A stretch of DNA of 58,645 bases, filler included, from Sphacelaria rigidula (Eukaryota), in NCBI GenBank assembly GCA_964200075.2. It is 3 parts of 3 records of this genome, joined end to end, with 100 filler letters (N's around TTAATTAATTAA, not from the genome) between each part and the next. Parts side by side here need not be neighbours in the genome. Positions count along the whole stretch, not along the records: positions 39,168 to 58,645 come from CAXNAA020000663.1; 2 more parts are not named here. One strand, written 5' to 3'. Positions 48,061-58,645 of this stretch are shown piece after piece. The translations under genes were made by a program, and so were the position numbers. The notes under the pieces were generated by a model. The model was not told the origin of the DNA, did no database searches, and saw nothing but the letters and a program-made list of their open reading frames with translations. The stretch's first letter is position 1. Each line of letters opens with the position of its first letter.

Positions 48061-51000
48061 ATGGCAAGTGGTCGAAGCACGAGAAGCGCGAGAATAACAA
48101 GTGTTGGTGGGCATCCGATCGGCACCGCCGCGATGGAACAAGTGGGCAAATGTCCCGTGGTGCGGTGGAGAGACGTGGGTCAAGAGGGAGTCATGGCTTT
48201 CATGGCACCGATCTTAGCGGACAACAGGCCATTTCTGCTCACGGGTTACTGGTCTCACCAGGTGCTGAACAAGGATGCTGCTCAGCGATGGCGGACCTTT
48301 GCCGGAATCAAGTCGGTGGTCGTTGCACATGGCCTGGAGCAGCTCAGTGAGTATTGTGATCCATGAATGCCCCCCGTTTGTTGTGGCGGCTGATGAAGAC
48401 ATCTTGAGTGCGGTAGCAGCCGACTTGTCTCGCATGCCGCATATCGATTGTGTTTTACTTCAGGGTTACAAGGCTTAGCGTATCTTTTGTTGTTGACGAA
48501 ATCTGAAGTCGCGACTTCCTGAGCTACCTTGCCGGGGCCTTATCTAGATGGATTGACTTTTCCCGCTGGCGTCAATGTTGCGCATCTCAAACGAACATGA
48601 CAAGCGGCAGCATCGCGACTGTGACGGGGTTGAAACCGTTCGGAGGGGCTAATGGATCGTCTGAGAACTCCGTCGCTCCCACTGTTGTGCTCGCATGTGC
48701 CGAATGTAGAGATGAACTTCCTCGAGCAGTATGTGTTCCTCATGCGCATCTCTTTAGTTGCGCCGTCCTCGGTTTTCTCGATTCAGGAGTGGACGTCGCG
48801 TGCACAAAAAAAGGCGAGCCTTTCAGGGGTGATCAGGCCAATAGACAACACGTCAGCCTTCGACTCGTCGACCTAATTGATCTTGCCGAGGCGAACGACA
48901 CCGGAAAACCGCACTGGGCTGCAGCGGAGGTGAACACTGTCTCGAGTGTGTATGTGAGCGTGTTTATGCTACACATGGTAATCTCAATGTCCAGTAGAGT
49001 TGGAGATGATGTGCAGGAACTTCAATATATGCGGTATTATTGATGAAGGGGTCTGCTTTGTCAGTTGCATCGTGTGTACTTGTGTCTGTTCATAATTCTA
49101 GGTAGCGAACCATCGTCAATTTTTCGTAAGCGGCAGGTAAAAAAAACAAGGGAAAAGAAGAGAAAGTCGGCTCAGAGTGTTGGCCGGAGATATCATGGAC
49201 CGCTCCATATCGTCAAGTCCCACAATACACGGGCTGACTCGAAATCAACGAAAACCTAGCCGAGCTCGCGGTAGTACACCTGTGTGTGTTTGAGTACTTG
49301 ACAGTATCGGTCGAATCCGCAAAAAGTAGCTGGGGCAGTGCTGCTACTGCATGGTGCTGGCAGGTGAAAGCCCAGCTTGTAGTCCCTGGTTCGATTTGCC
49401 AGCGAACCTGTGTTTTGGGTTTAATGCACGATGCGACCTGCGATGCCTGCTCATTTGCTAGGATTTCCACGTGCGGCATGTGGTGGTTCAGTCGATTCAG
49501 AGGATCCGTGCACAAAATCACCCTGGATGTAAGCGGTATGCCATCAATATCTTTGAGAAACTAGCGAGTGACACGTAAGCATGCCGTACGTTTTGCAAAC
49601 TACAAGGATCGCGTCCCTTTGCTGGCTCTATGATAGTGTGGTGAAGGCAGTTGCCGGTGCCCCTTATCGGGACAAGTCAGTGTGAGCGGTGTATCTTTCA
49701 CTAGATTTTGGCATATTGTTGCGTGCCAATCATGCAACCCTATGGTGAACGCCTTTCCCGAAATAACGCCTTGCAATGTCAGTCCGCATTTCTGTGGCAA
49801 CCATATTCGTGTTGAGTCATACTCGAGTCGGTCTACGTATCTAGCTCTTCGGGGCGTGTAACGAAGAGCAGTTACATGAGCATCTTGTAGCAGGCCTGGT
49901 GAATGACTGTCATCACTGCTATATGTAAGTTCTGGCTAATATCCTTGCAAGTGTTGAATGTCAAATTTATTTCAACTTTCACACCTATTATTCTCCTTGA
50001 TATGTCGCTGGCAGGAATTGGGATTGGATTACTACCTCTGCCAATGCCCCGTGGTATCTCGAGAGGAAGGAAAGCCTGAAGTGCTCAGAGCGATCGCTGG
50101 AGAATTCCGAACGTGGGTCACGCGTTATCGTACCGCACTGAGATGTAATGCAATGAAGTAGCACCTTGCATTACGTCGTACTGCGCTGTGATGTGATGTA
50201 TAAATCACAACTGTTCAGTGCCCCGCACGATGCGTTCCGTCTGCGGGTTTCCTCGATTGTTGACACCCCGCAACCCGTTTCCAGTAAACACGTTTGTGTA
50301 TACAGTACCGTGCTTGTACTAGTGCTTGAAACCGTGTGTGTTGTCCGTGTGTTCATCTGCACGATTTTTTTCCGTTTACTGCAACGCCCTCTCCAAACTC
50401 AGGTTTGATCCCGGATCGTCGGAAACACCGACGAAACACGTTTGAAAATGACCGCTGCTGGCTTGCGCTGCACATTGTCGTGTTCAGCTCACCGCTCAAC
50501 ATATTTTTGTCGTTTTCGTCGTCGTCGTCCCCTTCCTCGTCCTGGTGGCCTTCGATACCGCGAAATAGACCGTCTTGCGTCCTGGAGGAAGACTTGCTGC
50601 AGATCAATCTGTGGCTCGGGGCAATGGCCACAACGACCAACATGCACTACGATGCAAACCACAACTTGTTGTTCGTCCTGAAGGGGCGAAAACGGATCGC
50701 CCTGCTACCACCCAACATGACGGGAAATGTAGAAGCTATGCCGGTGCGTTGGACTAGCATAAATGTTGCCAACTAGCGAGTGCGCACGGGTTTCGAGCAT
50801 GTCGCTGTTGTTGTAGTGTAATACTCTCAAGTAACAGGACTCAGAGTCGTGCATAGCACCGCGACCGTGCCGTGAACGCTGTGGGGCAAGGTGCTTCTGG
50901 CGTGGGAGGCACGTGCGCCGCTTGACAGATTTTCAAGCGACCAGGTGTTTGTTACGCTCGTTTCCACTTAAGCGTCAGTCGACACGCTCTGTTCCGAGAT

Positions 51001-51529
51001 TGCTCTTTTCCTCACCTCGTGTGCGTCACCTTATGTGTGCGTGTGAGTGTGTGTTGTTGTTGTTCAATACGTCAGACACGTTTGAGACTAATATTAATCC
51101 AACCCGACCCGACGAACGCCTTGCGCGCGTCATGAGTTGTTGCTTGAGTCGCGAAAGCCCCGTTTATATCTTGCCCGTAGACCCGGTTGCCCCGGTGGGT
51201 CAGTTGGTAACCTCGAAACCCTCTGATGGTTGAGTAGTGGGGTTCGATTCCTGGAGCGATCTAGGATTTTTTCTCAAAACATGCGCAACAGTGGAGAGCG
51301 ACTATGTCGTGGGTACACAAAATTTGACTCAACGGTCGACTAGGGAAAGGGACTGCTAAACTCCTCTCGCGATAAAACATAAAGGCAAGCACCGCAGGAG
51401 CAAGGTGGGGTACTAAAAACAAACAAAAAAGAAAAAACTCCTGTGTTAACCTTCCTCCTGTGTGACCCCGGCTGGTGAGTCCACATATACCGAAAGGTGC
51501 AGACTGGCGCCCAGAATAAATGGGACGAC

Positions 51530-51581
<52 letters not shown>

Positions 51582-54500
51582 GACAATCCCACGCCCATAC
51601 AACTGCTATATGTTGCTCCCATTCCTTAGGTGTTCTCTGAATCAGCCAACCACTCGCGCCTTGACGTTGAAGAAGCTGGCGAGCTGCTCAGTAGCGAGGA
51701 CGCCGTGAACAGGGGTGCCGTATTTGCTGAAATAGGCGAGGGAGGTGTGTGTGTTTGGAGGTTTGTTGGTTGATGTATTCCAGTTGAGGTCAAACGTTTG
51801 TGATATTAATAGGACATGAAACAACTCATTAGCCATCCTACCGACACTGGCTGACAGTGCCTCACCCTGACGAGGGCTTAGGCGTCGTGGTTCATCTCTG
51901 GAAACTTTCCTACCAGCAGAGTCTGCTCTGCCTACTCCACAACACGTGCATAGGCGCAACATTTCGATTTTCGCGAACGCATGTAACGAGTGCTCTCGTC
52001 TCAACGGATTGCCCCATGTGCGACAAGCTTGGTATAGAGGAAAAATATAGCGCCCGCGTCAACTGCTGTGCTTGGACTAACATGGGATACCCGGATACCG
52101 CCATGTCGAGTGGTGAGTGGTGACCATTTTGTTGGTTCCTCTCACCTATGGTGTAGTCTTTCCTGTCCGTTCGCTGCTTTTCCCATGTCCGCCATATAAC
52201 TAACAGAGGGGCTGTTTATTCCGGAGGGGTGGTGGCATCAGATTACATCAGCTCCCGGCACTGTGGCGGTAAACGTTTGGTTCAAGGTGAGATGCTGCGT
52301 GCAGTCCCATCACAAACATTTGGATCTGGCGTTGGTAACGTGTCCACGAGCTGGAGGGGGATGGGAATGTGTATTCGGCAGGCAGTGTGCACAGCTGCGT
52401 TCTTTCACAAGGTACACCCGGAGAACGCGTGCAGTCGTTAGTTGGCTTGGACTGTGGGCTTTGGCCTTTCCCCATTTCTCATTTCTCACTGTACACTCGT
52501 TGGTCCGTTTTAACCACACCGCGCACTTCTTGATCGCTCAGACGTTCTGCGTGTGTAACTCAAGGGGTGGCTCGTCTCTGTTAAGGAACAAGTTGATTTG
52601 CCCTAAAAGCCCAAATTTGGCGTGGGGGGGGGGGGTGCTGGGATTCTGAACCCAAGCTGTCAGGCTGCCAGACGTAGTTAGATGTCTAAATCTGATGTTT
52701 GTTCACCTTTTGAAAGTGCCTTCTTGGACTCGGAGCGGGTATGTACACTGTCGTTCATCTTTCGGTTCAATTGACCGCGAGTTAGAAGCATCAAACTGAC
52801 GTGGGTATTAGAAATGAACAGCGAGGCGGCTGAGTTCTGGAGTTTCCTGGAGACCGTGCCGCACCCTTCAGGTGGGGGGTACAAGATGAGTTAACCCACT
52901 GTGTTGTCCATGTACGTTGGGGCACTCCAGCAGCTAATGCAGCGGCTTGTAGGGGCCTTCATGTTGCCTTCATAATGGTTGTCGGCCAATTGATTGATTT
53001 GATCGATTGTCGCAGATTTACTTATCCCCGAGGGACCCTATTGATCCCCAGCCGTGGTCATTGTCCACAAGATGGGCGTACCCAAGGTTAAACAAAACGG
53101 ACACGCTCGCTGAAGGAAAAGAAGAGTGGAAGAAACAGAAGATATAACAAACGGAATAAATTGAACATGTAGACAAAAGCATAACGATGCAGAAAAGGGA
53201 AAGGAAAGGCAAGGAACGGGACGGAACGGAGAAGAACTGGGGAAGAATTGAAATAATAGTGAGGTGAATTTTTCTATGGAGCGATGAAAGGGGAGTGGGG
53301 GGGGATCCATAGTTGCTGGACTCAGAGATATGCCACCCCTTGGGCGACCTAACGAAATGCTCCAACTTGCATTTCACGTGTTGTATTGTGTGTGGGCTGT
53401 AAAACCAGGGAGTGCGACCGGCGCTGTGCGAAGGACCATCACGACACATGCGGGAGTACTATCTCAGGTGTCTCGTGGAGTCCCTGCTCAACGACAGCTT
53501 GAAAGAGTCTGCGGATAACTACTGCGCCAAGCATGAGACGGGTGAGTTTTGGCGTCGAGTACTACCGTCGGTCAAAGGTTGCGCGCAGGTTCACCGAATG
53601 ACTTCGTCGAAGACGCTGGATGCGTAGCTCAATTTTTACGCTGGTGGGCTACGATCTGTCCGTACTACGGGACACACTCGCACCGATGCATAGATGGAAA
53701 TATGCCAACACGCCTCGAGTACTGCATACTGCAAAGTATGTTCTTGATCATGTATTTGTGTCCGTTGACGTGTGTTCATCTACTATTCTCGGAGTTGGTG
53801 CGCTCGCCTCGCAAACTCAAACACCCTTCTAACTTCAGTAAAGTTCACCGGCGTTGGGCTACAAATGTCCATGGATGATATTACTTGATTTGAGTGTGTA
53901 CAACGAGAATCGGGTTTTTAGTAGGGTTGACAGTCCCGTGTGCTCATCACGTGCGCAGAAGGTGTTTTTGTTGAAATCGGCGCCTCCTTGCCGCCGATTT
54001 GGTGTCTACGAAGGTCGCACTTAACCTAGGGAATGACTGTACCGCCCCCGCTCGAGGGCTTTCGGTCTGCGTTGGGTTGGGGTTGGGGTTAGGGATACTC
54101 GTAGCGATACTTGCAAAATTGTGTCAACCATTGAAATTTGTAGCCCAACACCGGTAAACCAGCCTCTCTAACTTTGACCCCCCCCTCTCGGTCGTTCCTG
54201 TGAAAAGGGCAAGGATCGAATTTGGAGGGAAAATCGGTGGGCATCAAGCGACCAAGAACGCCATCTCCCCAGCAAATACCACCCCCAGATCAATCGCCCC
54301 TCCTCGCGCCGAACTCGACCGTGGAAGAGCGCAACAGTTATCTCCGGTCCATCGGCGCTGCGCGTATGCGGGAGGTGAGACATAATACCACAAGTCGGAC
54401 AGCTCATGAACTAACCAGAATAACTAGTCAAAGAGGACTCTCATATTCGTTGTCCAAGAACACGAAGCACGCGACAGCGGGGTCCGAGAAGCCAAAATGG

Positions 54501-55518
54501 TACCCTTGCACTACTCCGCGTTTTCGGCGTTGATTACTGTAGGGACCAGATATGAAAAAATTGGGGCCAACCGAGCTAGCTCATGATCTGGATCGGTACA
54601 CTGATATGAAGTAATGTTTAGGTAGTTCATGAGATGTCCGATTTGTACATGATACCAGCAGCCTTCCTGCAGTAAAACAAGCGACTGGAGAAATCAGACC
54701 GGACGATAGGTTGACCAGTCTCGCCAGTCGCATGCAGAGCAAGAGAGTTTTCGTGACGATCTTGTCCGTTTCAAAGCGGCTCTAGAGAGTCTACAGGTTG
54801 AGGTGTGCTAGTTGTTCGTAATACCATGACTCGGCATATACCCGCCCGTGCATTGCACCCCGGCGCAGATGCACCTCACAGTGCCTAACCACTACTGAAG
54901 CCTCCCTTGCGCTGCACCACCTCTCGCACTCGCCGTCCTCGACACGAACAGGAGCTGCCACCAATTGCACTTACCCGCGCCCAAGACTGGGCGAGATTAG
55001 TATCAGGGTTGGATCCGTTAACAGTTCACGTGCTCACATCCCAATGGCAAAATGCCGGCGGGGCCGAAACCATGCCAGAGTTCTACCAAGCGATTTTCGG
55101 CGGCGGTGATGCACAGGCAGCGGCAGGGAATACGGGTTCGACCTCAAGCCACGGCGGCGCTGCAGCGGGGTTATCGTCGGCGCGGGGGGAAGGGGGTGGG
55201 ACAATAACCGGCAACGGGCAGCATGGGGCTGCTGGGACGGCAGGGGGGATTAGCGAAATAGGTCTAGACAATAGTGTTACTCCATTGGGATCGGCAGGCG
55301 CAGGAGGCTTGGTGTTTGACCCCAAGTTTGGGGAGGAGTTGGATAGTGGCCCACTGCCACAACATGAATTTACCCGCGAAGGCGACGGGGGGGCTAGTAG
55401 CGGTGCTCGAGCGGAAGATTTCAGCGGACGTGCTCTTCAAGAACGACTGATGCGTCTGCGAGAGGCGTTTGCTCAGGAAGAGTGTCATAAGGTGTTGGCC
55501 AGAGCAGTTGGACTGTGA
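48061..55518 (+). CDS. JmjC (Cupin_8-like) 2-oxoglutarate/Fe(II) oxygenase, 587 aa; exons 48061-48346, 48787-48929, 50015-50112, 50569-50743, 51630-51744, 52207-52286, 53409-53541, 54208-54374, 54952-55518
   Basis: Exons sum to 1764 nt, all GT-AG with compatible phases. Motifs RPFLLTG, YYLCQ, NLWLG..TTTNMHYDANHNLLFVLKGRKRIALLPP, NHS and GEGLFIPEGWWHQITS..TVAVNVWF. The HxD...H triad is intact. Confidence 0.92.
51189..51579 (+). mobile_element. tRNA-derived SINE with long (CA)n tail, intronic
   Basis: GCCCCGGTGGGTCAGTTGG ... GGTTCGATTCC (51241). (CA)n at ~51531-51579. Confidence 0.85.
53836..54166 (-). mobile_element. MITE-like element, family D copy 4, intronic
   Basis: Perfect 8-bp TSD TCTAACTT (53828-53835 and 54167-54174). 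Ends CAGTA...GCCTC. Recessed IR ACCGGCGTTGGGCTACAAATGTCCATGG / CCATTGAAATTTGTAGCCCAACACCGGT. Internal GGGTTGGGGTTGGGGTTAGGG. Confidence 0.9.
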
Positions 55519-58378
55519 TGCATTTGATGATTGTTCCCGATGCTTGAGCGTCAACCGTTAGTTAGTGTACAGTATGTGTCACAAAATGTGCCGTGGATAC
55601 CGCGAGTATTGATGTGTAGTCACAACTTGCCGTAGATATCAGGTGTAGAAGGTGTCCAATTAGACACGATGAGCTCGTGAGACTCGGGCCTGCAGCGTTG
55701 ACGTGTACCAGTGGGTTAGCGAGGCGCCCGCCGTGCTGTGATAGTTTCTGTGTTTGCCAGTTTCATATGGGGTTGGCGGCTGTGATGGTTTGCTGCGATG
55801 GTACGACGTAGTATTTTCGGGCGCCGAGATCTGTGCTATATTTTCCCGTCGTTGCGTTGCAAATACCCGCCAGAATTTTGGAGTTACTTCTGGTGATGGT
55901 CTCATGTATATTGATAGCTTGTCGCTTGTCGGTGTTGCTAGGTTTGCGTGTCGAGCGTGTTGCGTCTGTTCGTTTCGTGGGGTTCAGGTTACAAGTTTCT
56001 GCTTTCGTTTGTCGATAGTCGAAAGCTTGGCTGTGGCTTTTAAGCAGACACGATCAGTGTGTAGGTGGGGTTCAGTACGTTGTCGCCATTTTCGCCACAA
56101 GGATTTAATGTCTTGGCGACTGGGTTCGAGGTTGCAGGTGGTGACGTGGCGCGTTAGATTGCCTATAGGGCAAAAAATGCGACACTTTTATTTATTTATT
56201 CCACTCTTTTCATCCACTCTCTTCATCCACAACTGACGAGCGGGATCCGGAGGGTTGAAGGCACGATTATTGCCTCGGTGTCTCTTCTGATCATCACGCG
56301 GTGAGGGCGTGTCTTGGTACATTGTTTTTTTATCGAAAATGCGCGGTGGAAAAGGGAAACTCCGATATGATGGGTCGTGATTTCACCTATCGTAGTTTAT
56401 TTTGAAGATGGTTGAAATCACAACCTATCAGATCGGAAATCTTGTTTTCTACCGCACTTTCTCTATTGAATCAGGATGTGCTAAGACACGGCCTAAGACG
56501 CGGCCGGAGTGTAGCACTTCTACTCGTTCATCGAAGCTTGTTGAATTTTTATGGCGGTATAATCATGTTGGGAGTACTCTTGTCCGTTTCGTGGTACTTC
56601 GGAATCCAATCGTATCCCCGTCGGCAGCTGTTTCGCCACATACTCATGTATTCTCGGAATCTGACTGGAAACACTGCCAGTCTGGTTAATCCGCCGCGAA
56701 GGCCTGTAGGCCGCAGGACGCACGGTCTCAATCTCGACGGACGCTGAAGTATGTGGATTACGATTCACGATGTACCCGGTACAAACTGAAAATGTGCTAC
56801 AGTAGTGGGTGGTCTAACTATTTAGGTGTGTTTTGGGGTTTTCCTCGCGTACTACTCTCCGATAAAACTCGAAATTGCTAGCGTCGGTGAATTTTGGTAC
56901 AAGGAAACAGATAATCTTCGAAACACAGTGCCCAAGTCAGTTTTATTTGGTGTTATCGGGCGAAACGAGTGAATACCCCGTTCATCAGGAGGGTGTTATT
57001 GACCGTGAAACACAGTTTTTCGGCCCTGATACACTGAGTAGGCAGAATTTCAAGAAAGTAAAACTTTACATTTTTTTAGAAGTATGATTGGGACGAGCTC
57101 GATCGACCGAAAATACTGAAGAGTAAGGATCTGGACTGAAACGTGGCAGGACCCCCGATGACCGGTCAGCCCGTAAGTCACTCAATATTGAGAACATATG
57201 ATTTTTTCTTCTTAGAATGTGGAGTGGATATAAATAGCTTGAGATCCCCGATGTGATATGGCGTGGCAAGCGAAAAGAGCCCAAGAAAATCGCCAATTAC
57301 GATAAAATCACAAAATGCCACAAAATGAATAGTTAGACCGCCCACTACTGTAGACCAAAGTTGAAGGTTAGACGCCCAGTAGATACGTTTTTTTCTACGG
57401 AATCTCCGACTTTCATCGTTGAGCTCGTGAGGGAGTGAGAAGCAGAGATTTTTCTGACGAAAATCGACGCGGTACGGGAATACTGATCTTAACCCGCGAC
57501 GCCAAAGCGTCTGGCGTGTACCGGCGGAGATATGATGAGTGGTGGCTCTTGGGACTACGGACTCGGCCCGAGGAAGGAAATGATCGAACGTATGCAAAAA
57601 AGAGGAAAATTGGTCATATGGGCATAACCTAGTACTGCAGTCTGAGTACTGTGGCAGCCCCTCACGAGGAAGTGAGAATCAGGCTCGGCCTGAGTTTCTG
57701 ATCTGATGTAAAGGTCTTCTGCATTGGACTTCGTGTAGAGGTCGTCGCTGAGGCTAACGCTCTTATTTTTTGGAATTTTTTGCCTGATTGTCTTACGATG
57801 ACCTCGTTTCTTATGAGCGGGCCGGTACCGTAGTCTGTGACAGACTGTTTGAAACTTGACGTAAGTACACAAGCTCTGTGCAAGCTGGTGCCAGTGAACG
57901 AGACAAAAATGTATCTCCATGGCACCCAGTCTCCAGGCCGTAGAAAGAGTTAAAAGAAGAGTGTTAACTGTTCTTCGATCACTCGCTTTTGTGCCGTGCG
58001 GTGGGTTGGACGGCGGCTGTAAAGGACCGCCACTCTCCTGTCATAATTCCAGGTTGAACCTCTCAAACCTGAGTTACAACTGTCCGGAGGCCCAGTTTGA
58101 CTTCTTGCGCGGTGACCCGCTTGTGTATGCGTGTGTGATCGACACCCATTCTGACTCGAACGGTATTACAAACTTTTAATAATTCCTAGCGCCGTGTAAA
58201 CCTGACTTTACTCGTGCTACCACATTCATGGACAAGACGGTAATTAATCTACTGGAGTATCTGATACACATGTGTACATACCTTGCGCGGGTCTTCACGG
58301 CACCCACGCCCCCTGTGTCCAACACGGGAACAATCATCCACACGTCGGACAACTCATGAGTTCAATCAGTTATGCTGT

Positions 58379-58571
58379 ATAACTCACCTGGCCAGAATGT
58401 GCATCGCTGAGTTATGCTCGATAACTCACCTGGCCAGAATGTGCACCGCTGAGTTATGCAGTATAACTCACCTGCCAGAACATGCACCCTCTCTCATTCA
58501 CTTGACCAAGATATGCATCGATGAGTTATCTTCTAGAACTCACCCGGCCAGAATGTGCACCGCTGAGTTAT
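58379..58571. repeat. 42-bp minisatellite with palindromic units, ~5 units
   Basis: ATAACTCACCTGGCCAGAATGTGCA(T/C)CGCTGAGTTAT at 58379 and 58421, with variants at 58463, ~58495 and 58535. Confidence 0.88.
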
Positions 58572-58573
58572 AA

Positions 58574-58645
58574 CAGGGTTGCCAGAAAAATGAAAAGGTA
58601 TTTTGAAATGAGAATCAACCGCTCCCCGGGATTGTGTCCATTTTT
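58574..58645. mobile_element. Possible left end of a DNA transposon running off the window
   Basis: Starts CAGGGTTGCCAG, a hAT-type TIR start. The partner TIR is not visible. Confidence 0.3.

Noticed and set aside
56220-57600. Possible further MITE or Helentron-like elements downstream of the JmjC gene
   Set aside because: Repeat-like composition and short hairpins are present, but I could not establish termini, a TSD or a second copy.
58379-58571. CRISPR array
   Set aside because: The loops between the palindromic arms are near-identical rather than unique spacers. There are no cas genes and the context is eukaryotic.

Overview
Eukaryotic, intron-rich, repeat-rich DNA, most likely from a brown alga (inferred from gene architecture, an FNIP-repeat gene, a stramenopile-type plastid presequence and CCCTAA telomere-like seeds). 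Two 100-bp artificial gaps (44N+TTAATTAATTAA+44N, at 19485-19584 and 39068-39167) split the window into three pieces whose adjacency is unproven. Genes were reconstructed by hand from splice sites and exon phase. They are a partial FNIP-repeat gene (+), the 5' part of a bromodomain gene that is probably p300/CBP-like (-), a Gln/Gly/Ala-rich orphan gene (-), an isolated coiled-coil terminal exon (-), a complete 5-exon plastid-targeted SEC-C/YchJ gene (-) and a complete 9-exon JmjC gene (+). The first ~17 kb is a nest of transposon debris: a degraded Ty3/Gypsy pol, hAT-, Sola2- and mariner-like MITEs, Helitron-like ends and tRNA-derived SINEs. Two observations stand out. One is an OTU-protease-like ORF, split by a hAT insertion, that ends at a Helitron-like hairpin/CTTG terminus. 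The other is a ~300-330 bp element family with 8-bp TSDs, non-complementary termini (GAGGC...TACTG), recessed inverted repeats and an internal telomere-like seed. No CRISPR array, rRNA or intact tRNA was seen. All calls come from visual reading, with no database searches.
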